Assembly: GCA_963665115.1 (NCBI GenBank)
Contig: OY762007.1
Location: 2,336,001-2,400,000, forward strand
DNA: 64,000 nt
DNA from: an uncultured Rivularia sp.
Lineage (GTDB): Bacteria; Cyanobacteriota; Cyanobacteriia; Cyanobacteriales; Nostocaceae
Reading direction: 5' to 3'
A model generated the notes under the pieces. That model was not told where the DNA came from, searched no databases, and saw only the letters and a list, made by a program, of their open reading frames with translations. Position numbers and translations under genes: made by a program. This document shows positions 29,459-37,880 of the stretch, in pieces; the first letter of the stretch is position 1; each line of letters opens with the position of its first letter.

Positions 29459-29484
29459 GAGATTATTAACCGAAGCAAATGAAA

Positions 29485-29537
29485 AATGAAAAGATTATGA
29501 GAATACTGTAACTTAAAAAATGAAAGAATTATGAGAA
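29485..29537. promoter_or_regulatory. Two ManR-type operator boxes
   Basis: AATGAAAAGATTATGAGAA (29485-29503) and AATGAAAGAATTATGAGAA (29519-29537) match the 19-bp direct-repeat ManR box (TATGAAAAGAATATGAGAA type) in the divergent mnt promoter. Confidence 0.75.
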
Positions 29538-29552
29538 CCTTTGATATATATT

Positions 29553-30494
29553 ATGCGAGCGTTTACTCATTCCCAGGGCAGATATTTTTTAGGTACGTTA
29601 TTAGGGATACTTTTAGGATTATCAGTAAATGCGTGCAGTCAAGTCAATTCTGATTCGGCAGATGATGGAAAACCCGATGTGGTTGCAACCAGTACGATAA
29701 TCGCCGATTTAGCCAAAAATATAGGTGGAGACGAGATTGATTTAACCAGTATTTTAACGCCGGGAACCGATCCTCACGTATACGAACCGGTACCTAGAGA
29801 TACGATTTATTTGGAAGAAGCAGAACTAATTTTATACAACGGTTTTAATCTCGAACCGGGGCTAATTAAATTGATCGAAGCAGCAGGTGTGAAAGCCGAT
29901 AAATTAGCCGTCGGGGAAGTAGTCGAACCCTTACAACTAGATAAAGGAGGAAAAGCTACAGTACCCGATCCTCATATTTGGGGTGATGTAGAAAACGCGA
30001 TTAAAATGTCAACTGCCATTCGCGATGCTTTAATTAAATTGTCGCCAGAAGACAAAGAGAAATTTACCGATAATGCAGAAGAATTAGTTAAGCAATTGAA
30101 GCAGTTAGATGATTCGATAACTCAACAAATTGCAACCATTCCCAAAGAAAAGCGAAAATTAATTACAACCCACGATGCATTTCAATATTACGGACGCGCT
30201 TATGATATACCAGTTGCAGGTACATTGATTGGTATCAGCACCGAAGAACAACCAAGCGCCCAAACCGTGAAAAAATTAGTGGAAGAAGTCAAAAGAACGG
30301 GTGTTAAAGCAATATTTGCCGAAACAACAATCAATCCAGCTTTAATCAAAACAGTTGCTCAAGAAGCAAACATCAAACTAGCACCCAACGAATTATATTC
30401 AGATTCCATCGGCGCACCCGGCAGTAAAGGGGATTCTTATATTAAAATGATGAGAGCGAACACTAGTACTATTGTGGAAGCCTTGCGGGAATGA
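29553..30494 (+). CDS. mntC: Manganese ABC transporter substrate-binding lipoprotein
   Basis: Lipobox VNAC, DPHVYEP, DPHIW, HDAFQY, LYSDS. Confidence 0.88.
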   Translation: MRAFTHSQGRYFLGTLLGILLGLSVNACSQVNSDSADDGKPDVVATSTIIADLAKNIGGDEIDLTSILTPGTDPHVYEPVPRDTIYLEEAELILYNGFNLEPGLIKLIEAAGVKADKLAVGEVVEPLQLDKGGKATVPDPHIWGDVENAIKMSTAIRDALIKLSPEDKEKFTDNAEELVKQLKQLDDSITQQIATIPKEKRKLITTHDAFQYYGRAYDIPVAGTLIGISTEEQPSAQTVKKLVEEVKRTGVKAIFAETTINPALIKTVAQEANIKLAPNELYSDSIGAPGSKGDSYIKMMRANTSTIVEALRE

Positions 30495-30602
30495 TGGGAG
30501 AGGGGGAGACAAGGGGACAAGGAGAGGGGGAGAGGGGGAGATGGGGTAGAGGGGGTAGAGGGGGTAGAGGGGGAGATAATTTCTAACTCCTGACTCCTAA
30601 CT

Positions 30603-30631
30603 GTACAGACGTAGCACTGCTACGTCTCTAC
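30603..30631. repeat. REP palindrome GTAGAGACGTAGCACTGCTACGTCTCTAC family
   Basis: Copies at 30603-30631, about 43735-43761 and about 54013-54037. Confidence 0.75.
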
Positions 30632-30694
30632 ACTCCTAACTCCTAACTCCTAACTCCTAACTGTTCACTGTTTACTGTTCACTGTTCACTGAAA

Positions 30695-31990
30695 ATGCGT
30701 CCTATTGCTGTAGATTTGTTTGCGGGTGCGGGGGGAATGACTTTGGGTTTTGAACAAGCTGGTTTTGATGTGCTTGCTGCTGTAGAATTAGATCCGATTC
30801 ACTGTGCTATTCATGAATTTAATTTTCCGTTTTGGTCTACTTTGTGTGCGAGTGTAGATAAGATTTCGGGTAAGAAAATTAGAAGACTTTCAAAAATTAA
30901 AAAGAAAGAAATTGATGTTGTATTTGGTGGTTCTCCTTGTCAGGGTTTTTCGATGATGGGAAAACGGGCTTTAGATGACCCCAGAAACGCTTTGGTATTT
31001 CATTTTTTGCGATTAATTTTAGAGCTACAGCCAAAATATTTTGTATTTGAGAATGTACCGGGTTTAACTGTCGGAGAACATCGAAAGTTTTTATTAGAAG
31101 TAATTGAAGAGTTTGAAAAAAACGGTTATCGAGTAGAAGCTAATTACCAAGTTCTCAACGCCGCAAATTACGGAGTTCCTCAAGATAGAGCAAGATTATT
31201 TATTTTAGGATGCCGTCAAAATTTAAAGTTACCAAAATATCCCCAGCCACTGACAACACCTAAAATATCTAAGAAATCAAAATATATTGTAAATAAACCA
31301 GATTTACCAGCAACACCTACAGTGTGGGATGCTATTGCCGATTTACCAGAAGTTGAAAATTACGCCGAATTGATGGAGCGAGATTGGGCGATCGCTAAAT
31401 ATGGAAAACCTAGCGATTACAGCAGTAAGTTGCGCGGTATTTCATCAATTGAAAATGATTATTCTTACGAACGATTATTTGATAATTATTTTCTAACTTG
31501 CAGTACTCGTACAAAACATAGCTCGCAATCTATCGAAAGATTTAAAAAAACCGAACCAGGAAAAACCGAACCTGTAAGCCACTTTCATAAATTAGCAGCA
31601 AACGGCATTTGCAAAACCTTAAGGGCTGGAACACCGAGAAATCGTGGTGCTTTCACCTCTCCTCGTCCAATTCATCCCAAAACACCAAGATGTATTACCG
31701 TTAGAGAAGCAGCACGTTTGCATTCCTACCCCGACTGGTTTCGCTTTCACCTGACAAAATGGCATGGATTCCGACAAATAGGAAACTCAGTTCCACCTTT
31801 ATTAGCAAAGGCGATCGCTACAGAAATTATTCACGCTTTAGAAATAATTCCAGTTAAACCAGAGCAGAGACAGCCATTGGGTGATGATAGTTTATTGCAA
31901 TTAAATATGTCTCAAGCTGCTGAAAAATTCGGTGTTAATGAAAATATTATTGAGCGGAGGAAAAGGAAGAAGGTTAGTAAAGAAGTTTGA
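30695..31990 (+). CDS. DNA (cytosine-5) methyltransferase, no adjacent endonuclease
   Basis: Motif I DLFAGAGG, IV GGSPCQGFS, VI FENVPG, VIII PQDRAR, IX/X REAARLHSYP..QIGNSVPP. Confidence 0.95.
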   Translation: MRPIAVDLFAGAGGMTLGFEQAGFDVLAAVELDPIHCAIHEFNFPFWSTLCASVDKISGKKIRRLSKIKKKEIDVVFGGSPCQGFSMMGKRALDDPRNALVFHFLRLILELQPKYFVFENVPGLTVGEHRKFLLEVIEEFEKNGYRVEANYQVLNAANYGVPQDRARLFILGCRQNLKLPKYPQPLTTPKISKKSKYIVNKPDLPATPTVWDAIADLPEVENYAELMERDWAIAKYGKPSDYSSKLRGISSIENDYSYERLFDNYFLTCSTRTKHSSQSIERFKKTEPGKTEPVSHFHKLAANGICKTLRAGTPRNRGAFTSPRPIHPKTPRCITVREAARLHSYPDWFRFHLTKWHGFRQIGNSVPPLLAKAIATEIIHALEIIPVKPEQRQPLGDDSLLQLNMSQAAEKFGVNENIIERRKRKKVSKEV

Positions 31991-31993
31991 TTA

Positions 31994-32130
31994 TCGCGTT
32001 TATCAAGCAACTGAGGTACAGCAATTACCTCACCCCCGATAAAGCTGCGCTTTATCTCCCCTCTCCTTGTTAAGGAGAGGGGTTGGGGGTGAGGTTTTGA
32101 GATATACCTCACGCTTATTGGGAAACGCTA
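31994..32130. mobile_element. Second copy of the TAGCG-ended MITE (inverted, left end degenerate)
   Basis: TA|tcgcgtttatc...ctcccctctccttgttaaggagaggggttgggggtgaggttttgagatatacct...gggaaacgcta|TA; reverse-complement match to 24895-25007. Confidence 0.75.
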
Positions 32131-32147
32131 TAATGTGAATTTGATTT

Positions 32148-35100
32148 TTAATTTCTCCATTGTAAACGCTCTAACCATCGCTCTGCTGTGCTTCGCACAT
32201 CAGAATCATCATCAGTTGTGGCTTGTTTAAGGATATTTAAAGTCTCGGGGTTATCCTTGAAGCCATCGGCTAATTCTCCTACTGCTATACGTCGCACAAT
32301 ACAATCATCATCAGTTGTGGCTTGTTTAAGAATAGTCAAAGTATCGGGGTCATTCTTGAAGCCACTAGCTAATTCTTCTAACGCTGTGATTCGTAAATTA
32401 TAATCATCATCAATGGTAGCTTGTTTGAGAATAGTCAAAGCATCGGGGTTGTCTTTGAAGACACGGGCTAATTCTTGTAATGCTGTACATCGCACATACT
32501 CATACTCATCATCATCAGTAGTTGCTTGTTGAAGAATATTTAAGGTATCGGGGTCATCTTTGAAATTACGGGCTAATTCTTGTACTGCTATGCGTCGCAC
32601 AATAAAATCATCATCAGTGGTAGCTTGTTTGAGAATAGTTAAAGTATCGGGGTTATCTTTGAAGCCATAGGCTAGTTCGTGTACTGCTGCACTTCGTACA
32701 TCAGAATTATTATCATTTGTAGCTTGTTTAAGCCAATTTAAGGTATCAGGGTCATCTTTGAAGTTAACAGCTAATTCGTGTACTGCTGCATTTCGCACAT
32801 GCTCATCCTTATCAGTGGTAGCGCATTGTTTAAGGATAATTGAGGTATTAGAGTCATCTTTAAAACCACGGGCTAATTCTTCTATTGCTGACCATCGCAC
32901 AATAAAATCATTATCAGTAGTAGCGTATTGTTTAAGGATATTTAAAGCATCGCGGTCATCCTTCCAAGCATTAGCAACTGCTTTAACAGTTCGAGTACGA
33001 ATGTTGGTAATTCTACCGTTATCTTCCAAGAATATTGATGTTCTGCAAATACCATAATTAACTAACTCCTTAAGCTCAACTAATAGCTGCTTGTCGGTAG
33101 ATAAAATTACTTTTCTATTCCTCACCTCTGCCAAACAATCAGTTGCTAAAAACAAATTAACAAATTTCTCTTCTTCCCCATCTATACTGATTAAATGCTG
33201 AATTATATTTTCCACAAATTTAGCATCAATCATCCCGGCAATTAATCGCAAAACTTCATGCCAAGATTCATCCATCCAATGCTTGTCAACAACTTCTGCA
33301 ATCAATTGTTTAATTGTCAAAGTTTGGGTTTCTTTAAACTGCCAAACAAACTCCCAAGCACAGAAATATTCTAAAAACGTGCGATGTACAAACGCATAAT
33401 AATCTGCACCCAAATAACACAACATAAAGTTGCGCGTCCTGAGTTGATTTATGATTAATTTAGCAGCATCTCTTGGCTTATCAAATTCTATGGTTTTTAA
33501 ATAATCTTGAAGAATTTTTTGTAAATCGCTTTCTTTAATCAAATTACCAGCTAAACCTTTATCTTCAGTTTGCATAGAATAGGCAACTTGACGCAACATT
33601 GCCTGTTTATCTTTATAATCAATGCTTGCCAAATCTAATCTTTTATCTTGAATTAAAGTGCGTTCAACATCCCATTGATGCAGCAATACTTTAGAAGCTT
33701 GATTGTAAAGCTCGGCTCTATCTCTTGGTAATTCTTGGTTGCGGTTAAGAATTGCCATCATTGTTAATAGTAAGGGATTTCCGGCTAAGTCCTGAATTGC
33801 TGGTAAATCATCAATTGCTTTTTGCAGTCTTTCTTTTTTTCTAATTTTATCTGCTTCGTCACCGGAACTAAAAGTTTTATTGTGCCATTTGTGAATAAAT
33901 ATTCTAATTTGTTCTGCATCTAAATCTTGCAACATGAAGTGAGTAAATTCGGCATCGCGCAGTCTTTGGGGTTTATAACCAACTATGCGAGAAGTGACGA
34001 TTACCTGTACCCGAGGATAATTATTCGTGAAGCGATGAATAGCGGTAATTACTTCTTCTCGTTGTGCTGAATCGAATACTTCATCTAAACCATCAAACAT
34101 TACTAAAGCATTTCCAGCTTTTAATTGTTCTTCTAGTTTGTGTTGGTTGAGATGACAAATACAATTCGGGCTTTTGTGGAAAAACTCCAGAAAATCTTGA
34201 CAACTTCCAGCAGTGCGATCGCGTGCGTAAGTGCGTAGTTCAATTAATAAAGGAATTGGTTGAGATAATGGTTCTTTATCAAGAGTATTTTCGACCCAAT
34301 TTAATGCAAAATATTGTAATAAAGTTGATTTACCAGAACCGGGGTCCCCTAAAATAACTATATAATTTTTCCTGCTATATTGTGATTCATCTTGAATAAT
34401 TTCTATCACCGAACGATTTGCTTGTTCGATGTAGCTGCTTTTATACCTTTCTAATTCTTCTTCTATTCTTTCTAAATTAATTCCTGCATCTAATTGGTTA
34501 CTTTCTTGCAGTCTCTTGAGATATTCCCTGGGTAATTCCGGTAAAACCCGATCTATTTGCCGCGCATTTTGAGGAATAAATATATCCCATAACCCCAAAC
34601 GATTGTAAGCGCTAGCATCAGCATCTAAACTATCCAGCTTTAAATTGACATAACGTTCCCGAATTGCTTCTTGGTATTTCCTCAAATCAAAGTCTTTGGA
34701 TAAACCAGCAATTTCTTTGGTGTTTTCAGCAATACTAGTAAGCTTTTGTAATTCGAGAATGTGTCGTAACTCTTCTAACTCGGAAATATTTTCCTGGACT
34801 TTTAATAAATATTGCTCGATAACGCTTTGCCAATTAAACTTTGGCGGTAACAATTTGAGGTGCAAATCTCGCCAACGTTGCTTAAAAATTTCAGCGTCTA
34901 AATCCTCACAATCAATATTAAAAGCCTTTCCAAGATTTTCTTTTACCGTTTTATCCCCAATAAACTTCTTTATATCTTGGCTATATGCTTTAATCTCCTC
35001 ATCATTTAACTTGCAACGAATTTTTAATTGCTGCTGTACAAGCTTTAAAAACTCAATTAGCGCCATTGCTACAGTTTTTTGAAAAGGTTCTTGTTGAAAT

Positions 35101-35258
35101 GGTTTGATTGCCAGATTTCCCAACTTACCAGGAAGGTACTTGCAAAAATCTTTACCGTATTCCTTAATTAAATCCTTAACAAAATCTTCGCTAAAAATCG
35201 TCTTAAAAACCAAGCCAGCAGCTTTTGTAGTTACCCAACCAAGAAGCAATTCCACCAT
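32148..35258 (-). CDS. NACHT (STAND) NTPase with C-terminal HEAT repeats
   Basis: Walker A GDPGSGKST, Walker B LVMFDGLDE, VTSR, GNPLLL, FVHRTFLEYF; about eight ~37-aa HEAT-like repeats. Confidence 0.93.
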   Translation of the reverse strand: MVELLLGWVTTKAAGLVFKTIFSEDFVKDLIKEYGKDFCKYLPGKLGNLAIKPFQQEPFQKTVAMALIEFLKLVQQQLKIRCKLNDEEIKAYSQDIKKFIGDKTVKENLGKAFNIDCEDLDAEIFKQRWRDLHLKLLPPKFNWQSVIEQYLLKVQENISELEELRHILELQKLTSIAENTKEIAGLSKDFDLRKYQEAIRERYVNLKLDSLDADASAYNRLGLWDIFIPQNARQIDRVLPELPREYLKRLQESNQLDAGINLERIEEELERYKSSYIEQANRSVIEIIQDESQYSRKNYIVILGDPGSGKSTLLQYFALNWVENTLDKEPLSQPIPLLIELRTYARDRTAGSCQDFLEFFHKSPNCICHLNQHKLEEQLKAGNALVMFDGLDEVFDSAQREEVITAIHRFTNNYPRVQVIVTSRIVGYKPQRLRDAEFTHFMLQDLDAEQIRIFIHKWHNKTFSSGDEADKIRKKERLQKAIDDLPAIQDLAGNPLLLTMMAILNRNQELPRDRAELYNQASKVLLHQWDVERTLIQDKRLDLASIDYKDKQAMLRQVAYSMQTEDKGLAGNLIKESDLQKILQDYLKTIEFDKPRDAAKLIINQLRTRNFMLCYLGADYYAFVHRTFLEYFCAWEFVWQFKETQTLTIKQLIAEVVDKHWMDESWHEVLRLIAGMIDAKFVENIIQHLISIDGEEEKFVNLFLATDCLAEVRNRKVILSTDKQLLVELKELVNYGICRTSIFLEDNGRITNIRTRTVKAVANAWKDDRDALNILKQYATTDNDFIVRWSAIEELARGFKDDSNTSIILKQCATTDKDEHVRNAAVHELAVNFKDDPDTLNWLKQATNDNNSDVRSAAVHELAYGFKDNPDTLTILKQATTDDDFIVRRIAVQELARNFKDDPDTLNILQQATTDDDEYEYVRCTALQELARVFKDNPDALTILKQATIDDDYNLRITALEELASGFKNDPDTLTILKQATTDDDCIVRRIAVGELADGFKDNPETLNILKQATTDDDSDVRSTAERWLERLQWRN

Positions 35259-35370
35259 AATCTAAAATTACTTTGCCGTTTTGCTACGAGTATAGCGAAT
35301 TGGCTGTTGAATCTACGGAAGTAGGTTTAAAACCTGTCTTGAAATTAATTTCTAAGCTAATAAATAACTA

Positions 35371-36680
35371 GTACTTCACCACATTAATTTTGCGGGGTAC
35401 ACGGCTGTGCAATCGCCCTAAAAGTAGTAAGCTATATTTTAAAGCATCTATAGCGAAATTGTCTGCATCTACTCGTTATGTCCAAGAAGTACATCATTAA
35501 CTTAAATATCTCAGAAAGAGAGCAATTAGAGCAACAGAGTAAGAAAGGAAAAATTTCGGCAAGAAAATACAAACGTATACAGGTTCTATTGATGTCAGAA
35601 AGTGGGTATTCTGATGTTGAAATAGCAACAGCGTTAAAAATAAGCGTAGATACAATAGAACGAACTCGTAAAAAATTTGTGCAATCAGGGTTGGCAGAGG
35701 CACTGAACGAGAAACCACGACCAGGTAAACCAAAAAAACTAATTGGTTCACATGAAGCATTTTTAATTGCAACCGCTTGTAGTAACCCACCTGAAGGACG
35801 AAGTAATTGGACAATGCAATTACTAGCTAACAAGTTGGTACAACTATCAGTTGTCGATAATATTAGTGATGAAACTGTACGTCGAACTCTAAAAAAAACG
35901 ACTTAAAACCGTGGTTAGTCGAACAATGGTGTATTCCCACAGTTAGTGCAGAATATGTGTGGCGGATGGAAGATGTTTTAGATGTATACGCTCGAAGTTC
36001 AAACCCAAAACGCCCAATCATATGTTTTGACGAGCGCCCAACACAATTACTCAGTAATACTAAAGTCCCGATACCAGTTAAACCAAAGCAAAAAAGACGT
36101 GTCGATTATGAATACGAACGTATGGGAAATTGTAATTTATTCGTATTTTTAGAACCTCGCATCGGTTGGCGACACGTTGAAGTCACAGACCGCAGAACAG
36201 CTATAGATTTTGCTCACTGCATGAAGGATTTAGTTGACATTTATTATTCAAATTCTGAGTTAATAACAGTTGTTATGGACAACTTAAATACTCATAGCCC
36301 AGCATCTTTATATAAAGCATTTGCCCCCGAAGAAGCAAAAAGAATTCTAAATAAATTGGAATTTCACTATACACCGAAGCATGGCAGTTGGTTAAATATG
36401 GCAGAAATTGAATTATCAATTCTTTCACGTCAATGCTTAAATCGTCGCATTCCAAATCAAGAAATTATCTTTGAAGAAATTGCTGCTTGGGAAGAAGTAA
36501 GAAATCAAGAAAAAGCAACTGTAGAGTGGCAGTTTACAACTGATAATGCCCGCGTTAAATTGAATAAACTATATCCAAAAATTGAAATTGTAGATGATAG
36601 CTGTGAAAATAATTCACAGTCAATAAATAGTGAGGCGATCGCACAGTCGTGTACCCCGCAAAATTAATGTGGTGGAATAC
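35371..36680 (+). mobile_element. IS630 family insertion sequence, apparently intact
   Basis: About 47-bp imperfect TIRs (gtacttcaccacattaattttgcggggtacacggctgtgcaatcgcc vs gtattccaccacattaattttgcggggtacacgactgtgcgatcgcc), TA duplications at 35369-70 and 36681-82, two-ORF transposase. Confidence 0.95.
35478..36667 (+). CDS. IS630 transposase expressed via -1 frameshift at A8 (35891-35898)
   Basis: OrfA HTH ends ...RRTLKK; the -1 frame continues NDLKPWLVEQWCIP. DDE motifs CFDE, VMDN, NMAE. Confidence 0.92.
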
Positions 36681-36682
36681 TA

Positions 36683-36774
36683 GTACTTTACCACATTAAT
36701 TCTGAGGGGTTCGTAGTAGCGCTTCAGCGCCTCATGATTCGGAATTCGGAGGCGCTGAAGCGCTACTACGAACC
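36683..36774. mobile_element. Extra IS630-type terminal repeat followed by a perfect REP doublet (MITE remnant)
   Basis: TA|gtactttaccacattaattctgagggg, then ggttcgtagtagcgcttcagcgcctc...gaggcgctgaagcgctactacgaacc (26-bp perfect inverted repeat). Related REP traces at about 1152-1187 and 25412-25439. Confidence 0.75.
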
Positions 36775-36826
36775 TTGTTTCTCCTTCTACCCCATGCCCT
36801 ATGCCCCATGCCCCATGCCCTATGCC

Positions 36827-37354
36827 CTATGCCCCATCTCCATCATTAAACAACCGCGATAATTGACTTAAAATTCTAGCCCTAGCATCTGTTGAGGTAT
36901 TTTTCAAACCGTATAAATTGAGTTTAGGTAAAACAACCTCGATAATATTATCTTCCAAAAGATGATCTAACAAATCGCCAACAATATCTTCGTTATTTTC
37001 CTTATTTGTAAGATCGAAAACATCTGTCAAATAATAAATCTGTTCTATTCCTTTTGATTCAAAGTACTGTACGAGCCGCCATGCATCAAATGCTTGTGGA
37101 TAATCTACAAAACCAGCATGAATATCAACTATAATGTAGGATTTTTCCGATTGAAAATAAACGCCAACTCCATGTTTATCAAACGTCCATTTTTCCTGTT
37201 GTAGCGATAACAAACCTTGACGGGGACAATTCGCGGAGAAAGATTTACTTACATTAGGATATATCTGGCGAAATGCTAAATTGAGATTGTTTTGCAACTC
37301 TACAAATTCTGAAATGACTTGAATTGCCTCAGCGCTTTTGATTGACGACTTCAT
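36827..37354 (-). CDS. Hypothetical protein (DUF6896-like W.F..HG.G..F motif)
   Basis: WTFDKHGVGVYF and FDAWRL..Y.ES motifs; family call tentative. Confidence 0.6.
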   Translation of the reverse strand: MKSSIKSAEAIQVISEFVELQNNLNLAFRQIYPNVSKSFSANCPRQGLLSLQQEKWTFDKHGVGVYFQSEKSYIIVDIHAGFVDYPQAFDAWRLVQYFESKGIEQIYYLTDVFDLTNKENNEDIVGDLLDHLLEDNIIEVVLPKLNLYGLKNTSTDARARILSQLSRLFNDGDGA

Positions 37355-37880
37355 TTACCGTACTCCTAGCCTTGGTTTTGCCTATCTATAGCCTAATGGA
37401 ACTATTTTCAATAATAATAATATTTTTGTCTTTTAGCTGCATTTTTAATCATAATCAAATAATCGTGGGTTATACAAGCTAACGTAACTTTTTAGAAAAA
37501 TCAAACAGGTGATCCATACCTTATGCTCTGCAAGGTCTCTACAATACTTATATATACCATATGTCTTTGCAAAACCGACGGAATACTTATTCTATGTAAT
37601 TTTACTAAGAATAACTTATCCTAAAATATTTTATATTATTGTTAGTTGATAAAGCATTTGTCAATATTTTTATTAAGTCTAAGATTATGTCAGAATAATT
37701 TCGTAATTTTAGAGCGATAGCTCATTCGAGTCGGTACAAACAACCTTAAAAATACTTAACTATAAGTCGATCTATTTGGACAAGAGATCTAAAAATCTTC
37801 ATCTTCCATATTTAATAATTTCTTCTGCGAATGGGAACTATAAATCTAGTTTAGAGTTGCCTATTTTTTTTATTACTGCA

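Noticed and set aside
30695..31990. Complete type II restriction-modification system
   Set aside because: No neighbouring endonuclease-like ORF; the flanks are mntC and a NACHT gene.
31912..32112. 66-aa ORF sharing RYISKPHP with the end of ORF 24525-24941
   Set aside because: Both are translations of the same MITE sequence.
32148..33000. Diversity-generating retroelement target
   Set aside because: No reverse transcriptase or template repeat is seen in the window, and the variation is spread across tandem repeats.
35432..35833. Antisense ORFs within IS630 and other short shadow ORFs in the track
   Set aside because: They overlap well-supported genes on the opposite strand or frame and show no motifs.
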